Part shown: piece after piece, positions 1 to 12,376 of the stretch
Layout: the number at the start of each line of letters is the position of its first letter
Position numbering within the stretch: position 1 is the stretch's first letter
Assembly: GCF_041381155.1 (NCBI RefSeq)
Contig: NC_091142.1
Span: 29,819,528-29,883,527 of the forward strand
Direction: 5' to 3'
DNA length: 64,000 bases
Origin: Argopecten irradians
Taxonomy: Eukaryota
Notes under the pieces: model-generated
Seen by the model: the letters and a program-made list of their open reading frames with translations, nothing else
Told to the model about the DNA's origin: nothing
Databases searched by the model: none
Program-made: the position numbers and the translations under genes

Positions 1-980
1 CTAGACGTCAAATTTCTGTTTTCAAACTCCTCAAGCTGGCGCTATCTAAACGACATTGATGAGGAAACAAATAAAACTGAGCTTTTGGTGGTCCACAATA
101 TTTTGACATTTCCTGATTGCTTTATACACAGATCTAGAAACAGTAGATCTGGCGACTGTTTTGTGAAGCCGCTGTGTTGTGTTGCATTACAAGGAAGAAA
201 TTGTCAGATATTGATTTTCCTTGTCTAAATGTTGGAAGAATTTTACTAAGTGTGGAATTGATCAGGATCTGCTGTGCTGGAGTGCCTCGATCCTTAGCTA
301 TCAAGTTGGTCTTTTATAAACCAGGGTGTTCAACAGATACCAGTACTCTTTTATTCCTCAGGGTGATTCTCTGTCAATTAAGAATAAGCCTGCTACGTAA
401 TGAAGTCTTTGGTACATTGCATTTCGTTCATTTCACATTGAACTTTCTTTTTACATCAATTCATTTTAATTTTGTACTGTTTTTGTGTTAATTTTCAATA
501 AAAATAGATATAGATTAATTGTCCTTATTGTGATAGTCTGCCACTGAAAGTAACATCTTCTCTTTGCTATTCTTTAATTGACGGATCGACTGTCAATCAA
601 ACCACAGGTGACCGCACGCATATTGTATATTCTACGATGTTTGCTCCGACATTGAATAGGTACACATGCATTTGCGGGCATGAGGCGTGGCTATATTACA
701 CCTAGCGATCAGTCAATTTTATCAAAACAATTACCGATAAACTGCTACTTTACCAGAACTACTGGAAGAATTTCAATTAAAATTTGTTGCAATAATTCTT
801 ATACTTTGAAGATGTGCCTAAATTACATCGTAACAAAATACCTCTATTTTTTCAGAGTTATGTCCCTTTGTTACAAAACAAATGACTACTCCTCCTTTAT
901 CATTTGAGGGATTTCAATGAAACTAAGTGGCAATAATCTGTCTTATTCTGTGAAGATGTTTGTAATTTATAATGGAACAT

Positions 981-1150
981 TAACCTCGTCCCAGAACAGT
1001 TTTAAAAAATAACAGCAAAACAATAGTTCAAAATTGGCAAATTTATTGACCTTGAGGTAAGGCACCCCAAAGTCGAACCCACAACAATAAACGCAGAACA
1101 CCCCTCCCCCAAATTTAAGTACAAATACAGGCCCCAACACAAAATCATAA
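981..1150. repeat. Dispersed or locally duplicated 170-bp repeat, copy 1. Copy 2 is at 1489-1655.
   Basis: acctcgtcccagaacagt…aaaattggcaaatttattgaccttgaggta…gtcgaacccacaacaataa is shared. ORFs 967..1170(-) and 1470..1802(-) share translated text because of this. Confidence 0.8.
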
Positions 1151-4100
1151 AGGAATACAGGTAATAGCATATAATGTAGGGTTTAGTACAATTTGACTAG
1201 AATGATAAAAAGAACAAGTGTTTTCACACATTGGAAAGTGAGGTAAAAATACCTAGAGGAATTTCCTCAGTAATACTACTGGGAGGTTGGGAGGATTTAA
1301 GAAAAATCCCCCAGCTCCAGCAAAGCTGCAATTTGCCTGCTAGCAAACTTGAAAAGAGAGCGCATGTGCGAGGCTCTGATCTAAGGCACCGAGACGCTTT
1401 AACAGAAAGTTAAAGATGCACGGTTATAAATTATGGCATAATCTTGACTTCGCTAAAACTTCATTTTATTTACACAAAAATATTATCAATTACCTCGTCC
1501 CAGAACAGTAGTAAAAAATAACAGCAAGACAATAGTTCAAAATTGGCAAATTTATTGACCTTGAGGTAGGACACCTCAAAGTCGAACCCACAACAATAAC
1601 TCAGAACCCCCTGAAATTTAAGCACAAATACAGACCCAAACCCAAAAGTTAAGAGGGGAATGAGATAAAAATTGGTCAGAGAAAGGGGGGTTGATATACA
1701 GGGTGTCCTAAAAAACACGTCCCGACTTTGACGGGTAATAAATTTTGGAATACTAAACTTTTTTTGAAAATTCAAAATAATTTGGAAAGCAGGAGTATCC
1801 AAATTTAACTTAATTGGGTAAAAATGTACAGATTACATTGTCATTATGTGTGATGACATCATAATAGAAATGATGACATCATCGATGATGTCACATTTTG
1901 ATGACTTTCTAGCACCATGAAGATTCAGGCTGAAGTTATTAAAATCTACAATGCGGTCGGAAAATCCCCTACTTTAGTAAATGAAATGTTATGAAAATGT
2001 CACCCAAGTATGTTGTTCATCTCCAGGAAGCAGATTTACAGAATTGTGAGATAGTGAGGAATTTCAGGGACAGAATTCCTCATGTCATCGAAAAGAAGGG
2101 CGGACACCTCGCGCCTTTTCTTTAACTGAAAGTTATTGATTTTCTGAACAAATCGCAAAATTAGCGAAATATGACTTTCTCTCGATTTTCAATGTAAGTA
2201 TTAACAAAAAGATATTTGTCCAGGTTGTTATATATCGTTGTACAGAGCAGATCACTACCTTTCTAATGGTATATAGATCAAATTCCTCCCTCTATCAAAA
2301 CCTTTTTTATAAAGCGTCAAACTAGGGACATGTGTTTTGGGAAGATACAAACGTGGTAAGGTAACGGTAAACAAACGTAAAGCTTCTAGACGCTTGGGAA
2401 GGTCCGAATCGAAATAACATAGAAAACAATCACTGGCCCAGTAACCCAGGAGTTTACATGTAATATCAGCCCCAGAGAGGCCAGCAATACTACCCCAAGT
2501 GGCAGCTCCCGGCGGAAAGAGTTACCGCCAAAAACTGAAGGGTCACAACCTACATCTCTCAAAACTTACCGGAGTCTCTCAAAACTTACCGGAGTGCCTT
2601 AATAGTTGAAAACAATGCTGTGATGTGACTTGTCATAAAAATATAACATGACAACTATGGTGATGACAAGTTTGGTTATATTACTACAATCGGCTTTTAT
2701 TTCTGCATCTGACATTACATACAATGTGTGGCTGGTGAAAAATAAAAATAATTCTCTACTGTCATCTAAATGAGACAGAAGATCTCAACCCTTGATAAGT
2801 TTTTAAGCTGTCATTCAGCAAGCCTCGTATTTGACAACTTTAGTTGAGAGTTTATCTGCTTCAACCCCAAGGGTATGACAGTTAAGTCCAAAACAATATT
2901 GATATTAATTTGGAAAATTGCTTACCTAATTGTGAAATTTAATATGATAACTTTATTGCTCACCTTAACTGTAAGATTGCCTCATTTAGATTTATCAAAT
3001 TATGATAAATTTATTGCTTATAGTACCTAGTTGACAAATTATGATAAATTGGAATTAGTGTAACTTTAATTATTTCCTGATATTGTTCAGTTATGATGAA
3101 TTTAATTGGTTACCTTAATTGAAAAATGGAAGCGTCATAATTGTCCAATGTTTTTTGGTTGATCCATGTAAATATATAGGTCAGCTTAGCTTGCTGGTAA
3201 TACAGATCTAATATCCACTTATAGAGGAGGGGTTTCAAATTTTTCCCAGGGTGCTTAAAAATTGTGTCAAATAATGGGGCACTTAATAGTAACAAATTTG
3301 GACTAGCCTTTCATGAAATTATTCTGCAAAGTAAGCCATAAGTCAATTTGCAAAAGATATCAGTAAGGACACCAACACTGTTTTCTTATTTTCAGTCTGC
3401 ATTTAATTTGAAGTAAGTGAAATGGAAGCTGAAAAAAGGGGGAGGGGCGCCTATAGGGATTAGGGTGCTTATTTGGTTTTATACGGTATATTAAAATATT
3501 ATTCCTTGTGGTTCTTTGACTTATCAGTTTACTAAGCACCAATGTTTGATCTAGGTAAAAGTACAAGAATATTTACATAGATTATGGAAAAAGTGGAAAC
3601 ATAATAGAAAAAAAGTTCGCCTTTGATAAGGATAAATTTTGTGTAGCCCTGCCTAATGCATAAGGTCATGTAATTTTGTTACATATCTAGATAAACTGAT
3701 TTGATGTTTAATATTTTACAGATGAAGATTGTTGCCGCTAATCCTCTGTGACTGACTTCCCAAAAAGCCTGAAGGCAATTGTAAGTAGAATTTAACATAA
3801 TTTCTAGTGTTTATCTTCTTAATTCATATTACAGAGTTATCTGCGCATGCCGGTAAGAATTCATTTCGATATCATGTTTTCAAGTTTGACATTATGTAAT
3901 TAAGAGAAAATGACTCCAGACTTTTGGCGAGTTGCATACCAAATAATGATGTCACAATCAATATCTACCGACAAGTGTAGACAGTAATGTGAAAAGATAG
4001 AATATCATGACACATAGCTAAAACAAATTAAAATTTTAATACTTAATGACTCTGCAGAAAAAAAAAATAACAATAACTCCAAAATTTGCATGTCATATTT

Positions 4101-7100
4101 ATAGAAATTAATTTGAAACTTTTCCTCTATTATAGCATTGTACATGCATACATATGATTCCTGTATATGAATTATGAAGAATATTGCATAATTAAAGTTA
4201 ATTATTGTAAAATTTGAAAGTTAAGGTTAAAAAGGTTAAAATGTTATACAATATTACAACAAGAAAGTTTGTTCTTATAAATAACTGATATTTTAAGGTG
4301 GTAAAGATGTTATAATTCAAATATCGACACAATTTCATATCTTAGTAGCCCAGAGACGTATAAGAGGATGACATTTGACCAAAAGTATGTTATAAAACGG
4401 TTAATTTGGACCTCCGCTAGGTGACATCCTGTAAAAATAATTAAACTATAAACTTACCATATTTGCCGTAATTAAGGCCCAGGAAGCTTAAAAAATTATA
4501 TAAAAGGGGCGCTTATTAGGTAACAAAAATGTAAGTTGTGTGCAAAATACAATACCAATGTTATAAGCATTGTTACTGTCAAAATACCACAGGTGTTGAG
4601 GATGTCACTGATGTAATCGATCACTCACTGGCTCAGTAGGTAACACAGCAGGTGTATGAAGCTGTGAGGTACCTAGCGCCATAAGTAACAGGGTATCTCA
4701 TTGGCTATCGATGCGAATGAAAGGCGGGGCATATGTTACCTTGCTCTGCAGTTTACCTTAGTCTGGTTAGTGCTGCAAGCCCCAATTCGCGCGATGTGAT
4801 CCACATTAAGGCTGATACAAATACATTTCTCGGATAATAACCGTTTGTAAATGTATTATACTAACAAATATAATCAATTTTCAAATAATAAATCTGCGGA
4901 TTATAATATTTCGTCAATTAGAGTAAGTGGCAAAATACAACACGCACATAATTCTGTTCAAATACACCGCCATGTTTGATTTACCAGAAACCGTGACGAA
5001 ATGAAATAGTCAACAGGTAAAATGTTTTGAAGTTTTAAAAAAGTCAACAAACTCGGAATAAACATTGTGAAACTTAATAAATACCAGTATCATTTGGATT
5101 TTACCCAAAATAATTTTTCAAGCTTGAGTAAAAAAAACTGTGAAATCATCTTTCGTAGTAAAAAATTGTTTGTTGGTTATTCCAAATATGGTAAGTAATG
5201 AGAAGCATCATGGCGGCCAAGTGAACCGTGTCGCAGATGCGAGTCGAAATGATCTTAGAAACATAATTTAGATATGAAGGTGGGTAAAAGCATAATCAGT
5301 TTATTTTATAAATGTTAGATATTGTTGAATTGAATTGGAAATTTACATGACACACATGAATTGTATCATTTTCAATGCTGGATGTTTTGCAACACTACTA
5401 GCTAAGCTCTGACGACGACTTAAAGATCTGTCAGAAATTCTCGACTGTCCGTCGTTCAGAGCTACGTTGTTGCAGTCAGGTGTTAGTTCGTTGTATAAAT
5501 ATCAGTCTCCGGATTTAATGAAGCGGAAGATATATTTCTACTCATGAGACACGGATTACAGAAAATTTTTCGTAATCTGTTGGAAAATTGTGGATATGTG
5601 TAAATTTATTTACTATGGAGAAGACTGTTGTGTTGAGACTTATATAGAGGTGATATATGTTTGATAATACCAATTAAAAAGATGTGGCAGTGGTTTATTT
5701 TGTTGCTATAGATTGTTCTACGTATTGTAGCCACGCCTACGGAGCTATCCCAACCAATCATAGCCGAGATTACAAACTTCAATTGTCTGATTGCTGTATC
5801 GGCTCTCTCACCTATCACAGTAGCTACTGAGCTGCGACATTAGGTGATAGGTCATAGCCGATACTAACACTTGTTGTAATTTGTCAGTACCTAAATCCAT
5901 AGGATGAAAGTGGGGCACTTATAGGGGGAGGGGCACTAATTACGGCGAATACGGTTTAGCAATCATGCTTGTTGGTCTGGGTTGATATGCCTTAGTCTTG
6001 ATGTATTTTAGTACTTAAGGACGTTCCGAACAGTGATCGAATGCGTCGTTCGGACCTCCTCGGGTCAATGAGTGCATTCGGAACTGCACATGAAAACTCT
6101 TTTGTGACTAAGATTATGAAAAATGGCAATCTATATGTTATCCGTCTACCGATATCTTACCTTTGAACGTTAAAATCAGGATAGTATAGTCGATAAACGG
6201 CGTATTTGTCGATATTGTACTTAGTTCGGTTTGCCGAAAGCTTGATACCGGATGAAAATCAAAGTTTGTACGGTAGATGTAGGACCTAGTTTCGACAAAC
6301 TTTCTAGAAAAAAAATCATGTTGTCAGATCTTTGAATTTTGCTAGGCAAATATAACATGAAGCTACATGTATCTTTTGAGAAGCACATAACATAACTCAT
6401 ACAAACGGACTGATATATATGCCGATACGGTCTCGATCTTGTATTGAATAAAATGAGATTTTATAAAAGTAAAGTGATTAAAACATTTTCTGTTCAACTC
6501 CGATATACATGTGTTTTAAGGGAGATGCATGATTAAATCAAGATATTCCACTTTTGCCAGGTAATCCTTTAGTATAATACAGAAATATTTTCATCTATCC
6601 ATCGCCCCACCCCTGCTTTTCGTTCAATTTGTACAAGCTAGTATATTTCATGAATATTGCGTATGTAGATGTCTACATGTATCATGTTTAGCTAATATGA
6701 TCTCAATAAGCACTAACACGTTCGGGAAACAAGATTTTATTTACTGTATACATGTATGATAAGACATAGGCCTAACTACTGTAATTAGATGATGCATGTA
6801 CATTGTATTTCCCGTTGCATGGAAGTACTCTGATTCAGTTGATCAAATACTATCTTACGAAAAAGCACATGTAAGCTAGTGTCAACATCAGTATTATATC
6901 TGTGATATAGAAACTAAACATGTACATGTAGCCATAGACTAATTATGTTCCTGTCTACAGTAATCAGCTGAACGTAGATCGAGGATTCAGAATAAGAGAT
7001 TTTTTTCTTGGGCTACTTGCCGTACAGGTTATATTGAGGATCCAAAAATCCGTTTTAGTTTACTTTGGATAATAAATATATATCTACATGTATTAGATAT

Positions 7101-8343
7101 ATGCAGATATCTCCTCAAAAAACATACAAAGACATACAGTTGTGTATGATGACATCGATTTTATCGACATTGTTGTGATCAAGTTGAAGTTATCAACTTC
7201 GATCGTTGTCACGTAGACGCTTTTCATCGTTACAATTTTGGCGCCAAATTCAAATTTATGCTTGAATATCTGCCTCAAACGACTATTGAAGCTAAGATAT
7301 CTTGACGATGGAAAGATAGATTTTGATAAATATTTTTCTGCTAAAACAATATAAAATCATGGATTGTCTAAAGGGTAATTGAAGTAGAATCTTTACACGG
7401 AATTTTCCATATTCATTTTTCAGATATGATATCCAGGCAAAATAATGGCTTATTTGTGCCATTTCTTAGCTTTGTATATCATCAAATCGGTGGCATCGTG
7501 ACATAAAATTAACAGGTATAACGATTTAGACTATTACACTTTATAATTTTCAATATATAAGATGTTCTTTATAAAAATATTACCGCTCGATTTCGGTCTA
7601 ATAATATAATTGTGAAAAAAGTCATTTTTTAGGGGGTAGGGGTATAGAAAGGCTAATTACTCAAAAATTCCGCGGTCAATTTTTTTTATATTCTTTCATC
7701 ATAACCAAAACAACTGTCTTATTATGTGGACAAAAAATAAAGAAAATTAAACGACACAATTTTTTGAAATTAGGTATTTAAGTTGAAATTCAAATGCAAA
7801 AATTGGCCCTTTTTAGGCCTCATTTACACGCATTCGCGTGAAAAATTCACAATTATTGAATTTTTAAGAGTGGGAACGATATTGAGGTCATTGATAGCCA
7901 TATAAACTTACGTATTAAAGATAAAAAATGTTGTTGTTTGTAATATTTCAGTCAATTACCAAGCTTTGAAAATATGTGTGTAAAATTGTATTTTGAGAAA
8001 AACAGACGGTAAAGTAGGGTTATTGAGAGTACAATATTTCCAAAACCGCACGGTCAAATTTCAAATAAAAGCCTTAATAAACAGTTTATCAACCAATCTT
8101 TCAGTGAAAAATTTTTAAAGAAAATTAAAAGAGGGGAAATTTTTGGGTCTAACTGTATCAAACCACCTTAAGCACTGAACTGCAAGTAGGTTTAATGAAG
8201 CTTTTATGTTGGATTTGCTGCTGTCCAGTTGGAATTTGTGCTTCCATAGGTGCCAACTAATTGCAGTTCAATGCTTATTGTTGTATTTGAATGATAACAA
8301 TAAAAGAGCCATTTGAACGGCCTTTTTCTTCTGTGTGCTCACT

Positions 8344-8546
8344 GGGGCCGTGGTGGCCGAGTGGTTAAGATGTACCGACATATTACCACATGCCCTCCTC
8401 CTCTGGGTCACGAGTTCGAATCCCATGTGGGGCAGTTGCCAGGTACTGGCCGCTGGTCGGTGGTTTTTCTCCGGGTACTCCGGCTTTCCTCCACCAACAA
8501 ACCTGGCACGTCCTTAAATGACCCTGGCTGTTAATAGGATGTTAAA
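8344..8546 (+). mobile_element. tRNA-derived SINE, copy 1. Its head resembles tRNA-Ser/Leu (GTGGCCGAGTGGTTAAG A-box, GGTCACGAGTTCGAATCC B-box).
   Basis: The Pol III box A/B motifs are present, but roughly 40 nt between them cannot fold as a tRNA. A reverse-complement copy of the 3' body lies at 51778-51976. Confidence 0.7.
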
Positions 8547-8689
8547 CTAATCAAACCAAACTGTGATCACTGGCATGACAATTGTGATGTCACCATGATT
8601 ATGACGAAGTCTCAAGAGACATGGGTGCAGTACAACTATAAACAATTTACATTTTTGTCGTCTTATCCAGAACCAATAAACCAAATTTA

Positions 8690-9850
8690 AAGAAATATTG
8701 CACAAACCTTCCATGGCCAAAGGTCAATCAAAATTGTAAATTATATGGTCTCTGCCCTCTAGGGGCCTGAGAGGTGGGGCCAAAAGGGGTCAAATAGACT
8801 ATAGATTAAAAAATCTTCTAAAATTCTCGAAATGGTAGAATCAAAAACCTTTCATAGATGTAACTGTTTTAAGGTCCTTTACAAAATTATATGACCCTAG
8901 GGTCTCCCGTTTCCTCCTTGGGAGAGGATCAAGTTTACTATAGCTTCATATACGGAAAACACATTTTTGAGCATTATTTGGGCATTTGTCATAGGAAATA
9001 AGTCAAATGTTGTCAGAATTATCAGTATGAGATGGCCATTGAATCTTATTATCAAATATTCCATGACTGACCCCCAGGGGCCAGAGGGGTGGGGCCAAAG
9101 GGGTCAAATAGGTGAAAACTTCAAAAAAATTCTTCTGAAATTCGCGAAATTGTAGAATCAAATACTCTTCATAGATGGAAAGGTCCAAATGGCTTTTACA
9201 GAAAATGTAAATTATATGACCCTGTGGTCTCACATTTTCCCCGGGGGATGCGGTCAATTTTACTATAGTTTATATATGGAAAACACATTTATGAACATTA
9301 TTTGCCCAATTCTCATAGGAAATAAGTCAAACTTGGTTAGAAATATTAGCCTGAGATAGCATTTTAACATCATAACCATATTGTCCTGGCCAACTTCCAG
9401 GGGCTAGAGGAACGAGGCCAAAAAGTGTCAAAATGGGCTAAAACTTCAATAGGCTTCTTCTAAAATTCTGAAAATGGTAGAATCAAATACTCTTTATAGA
9501 TGGAAGGGTTTTAAGATGTTTTATAAAAATTGTGAATTATATGACCCTGGGGTCTCTTGTTTCCTCTTAGGGAGGGGGTCAAGTTTACTTAAGTTAATAT
9601 AGGAAAAAAGATATTTATGAACATTATTTGCTCAATTTTCATAGGAAATGAGTCAAACTAGATTAGAATTATTTCATGGAAGCAACTACTCTTCATAGAT
9701 TAAAACGTCAAATTTATAAAATCACTGACTAACTTCAAGGCCCAGCATGTAGTGTTTCTATGTCTTTAAATTGTTTCATTATACATTCGAAATAAGGTGA
9801 CTGTAAGGCCCATGGACCTCTTGTTTCATGTTAGAGTCTCAGATGACTTG
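8690..9850. repeat. Satellite-like tandem array with a period of about 325 bp and about 3.5 copies. It lies directly 3' of SINE copy 1.
   Basis: The landmark atgaccct(a/g)gggtctc…gtttcc…tcaagtttact recurs at 8891, 9217 and 9541. The motif ggggccaaa(a)ggggtcaaata recurs at 8775, 9090 and 9415. Confidence 0.8.
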
Positions 9851-10741
9851 TTAAAATATGTCGATGAAAATCAGATGTATAGTATATAAAATACATTGCA
9901 GCTGATATGACAGTGTATTAATATGTAGTGGTTTAACAATACATCAGACTATCCATATATCGTAATTGTATGCCAATCAACTTAATCAATTGATGACAAT
10001 TTAAAAAAGTCGATAACAATCGATAGTAGTTTTCTCAGAGTACACATCCTGCTCTGTTAAGGCAGAGGCATACTTTCCTTTAATAAAGATTTTCTGCAGA
10101 AACTATGCTTTGGAATTTCATAAAGTAAAAGCTGATGCACTATAGATGTCCTATAGAGATTTTGAATTTTCCTGAGAAATACAAAATGGCTGCCATGGTC
10201 CCTTCAATGAAAATTAGTGTACTTGATCCTTGGAACACCGAACATCTTGTTATAGTTTTAAAGTGGTAATAATTGACATCATTGCTGTAAAGGATCATAT
10301 CAGTGGAATCTTCTCAGAGGGACAGAGGTTTTCTAGTCCGAGCTCACACGAATGTCATAACTGCCTTCTGTAGACACAATGATTGACTGACTACTGTAAG
10401 CTCTAAGCTCTCTTATTTGCTGGAGGTATTTCAACGAAACTTAGAAGCAATAATCCTTATTACAGTATATAGTATAATCTGTATTGGAAGATACAACCAC
10501 CATTTTCAGAGCTATGCCCCTTTGTTACAAAATCATTAAAGGCCCACTACATTTCTGAAACAAAAATGAAATCAATAACACATGTAATATTAACTTCTTC
10601 GATATAATGGCCTATGAGGAAGTTATGATGCCAAATAAATCCAAGATTGCCTGTGTAAATCTATGTTAACAATATGGTTCATTCACTGTTTAGCCATGTG
10701 GTGTAGTGATGATCAGCTATTGCGGGGCAATTACTTGTAAG

Positions 10742-11601
10742 CAGTATTGCCAAACTCTGATGAGGTCAAATCGGGTGATCACCCTTGAAAAAGCGGGTGA
10801 AAGGGTCAAAATGAGGGTCATATGCGAAACATTTTAGTGTAATTTTTAACACTTTTTAAAAAACCTTAATATGCATAAATTTATTATTTTCATATTGTTA
10901 TTCAATAATGTTTATGATGTTTTTATATAATAATATAATTAATATCTGATAATTAATAAGAATATTGTATTAAATCTTGAAAATAATATTTAATAAAATC
11001 CGGATTTTTTGTCCTATATGTGTCCGGTTTCATTATCATCTTTGACCGTAAACAAAATGGCGACCATTATGATTGGCTTGCCTACCTAGGATACCGTTCA
11101 CGTTGACTATGTTTTATTCTTGTGAGTAAATCTTTGTTTGAAATCACAAATGTTTGTGCTTTTGAAGGATTTTGAAGAGATTATTTCTGATTTTGAACTG
11201 TATTAATTGGCCATGTCTAATTTTGCCCATGGCTCTGGCTTAAAACGATCATAGACAGATAGAGATAGACATTGTGATGCATGACTGAACAGATTAATTG
11301 CTACAATTTCACACATTTATCAAAGTTTGTGTAAACAAAAACATAGCTACCTGCATTATACAAGGGCCTGATATGAGTCTTAAGCCCTGAGATGTAATTA
11401 AAATTGCACTAATGGCTTGATCTGATGTAATTTTTGTGAGCTTTTTGACACTTTGATCCAAGTGCTGAAAATCGGGTTATTTGATGACCCGCTGGGTCAA
11501 TCGGGTTATGCATTATAAAATGTCTAAAAAACGGGTCAACCCGGGGAAATCGGGTGAAAAAACGGGTCAACCCGGGGAAATCGGGTGAGTTGGCAATACT
11601 G
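10742..11601. mobile_element. Non-autonomous DNA transposon of 860 bp with roughly 15-bp TIRs (CAGTATTGCCAAACTC / GAGTTGGCAATACTG), subterminal GGGTCA/CGGGTGA repeats and a 6-bp target-site duplication TGTAAG.
   Basis: TGTAAG immediately flanks both TIRs. The interior is AT-rich with no ORF. The 29-bp unit aaaacgggtcaacccggggaaatcgggtga is tandemly duplicated at the right end. Confidence 0.6.
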
Positions 11602-12376
11602 TGTAAGATGACAGAAACATAAGATGACCTGCATTATGAAAATTGATATTTAATTCATCTATTTAAATTTGGAATCTAAAAAAATAGGAAGTTATGATAA
11701 GTGTAGTATTAGCAGTAAGCTAATCACTTTTAGAACTCTACAAAATTATCAATTTGTTCAAAAATTACATTTTAGTTTTAAATTGCTACACCTCTTAAAC
11801 TACTGGAGGGATTTCAATGGTGGCAACAATCCTTATACAGCTATTATGTGTTTACTTTATGAAGCCCTTGCAATGAAGTTTAATAATGGATACCATGGAG
11901 ACAACACTAAAGTCAAACTTTAGATATTATCCAATCAAAACTGAAAAATGCTCTATAGGGATTTGAAAGGAAGACAAATATAATGGTTATAGTCATCAGG
12001 AAATCATTTGGTTGCCATGATTATCATTGAAACTTCAGAATGAACAAACAAAAATTGTATTTGGATCATTGGTGAGCAGACGTAGTCCTATATTTCCCAG
12101 ATGAGGGGCAGTTGGAATGTTACTTAACAATTGGCTTACAGTTCTAGTTGGTTTTGTTGTCATTAGTCAAGATCATTATTGCAAAGATTTGTAAAATATT
12201 ATAATAGGTTGTACTGCAGCTATACTTAAGCATCTGAAATGTACAGTACTGAAAAGTAGTCTTGGATTTACTTTTATCCCAAAACTCCTGATAGTAAATG
12301 GCATGCAACATATTTATAATTTACAGTAAGCCAACTTCAATTTGATTCTTGTTTTATATTTTGCAGGGGCTGTGGA

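Noticed and set aside
8344-8430. Possible functional tRNA gene (Ser/Leu-like A and B boxes)
   Set aside because: The roughly 40-nt segment between D-arm and T-arm, and the 3' end, do not form an acceptor stem or cloverleaf. A second copy shares the non-tRNA body. It is therefore a SINE head.
8313-8534. ORFs 8313..8534 and 8335..8517
   Set aside because: They lie entirely inside the SINE and are repeat-derived.
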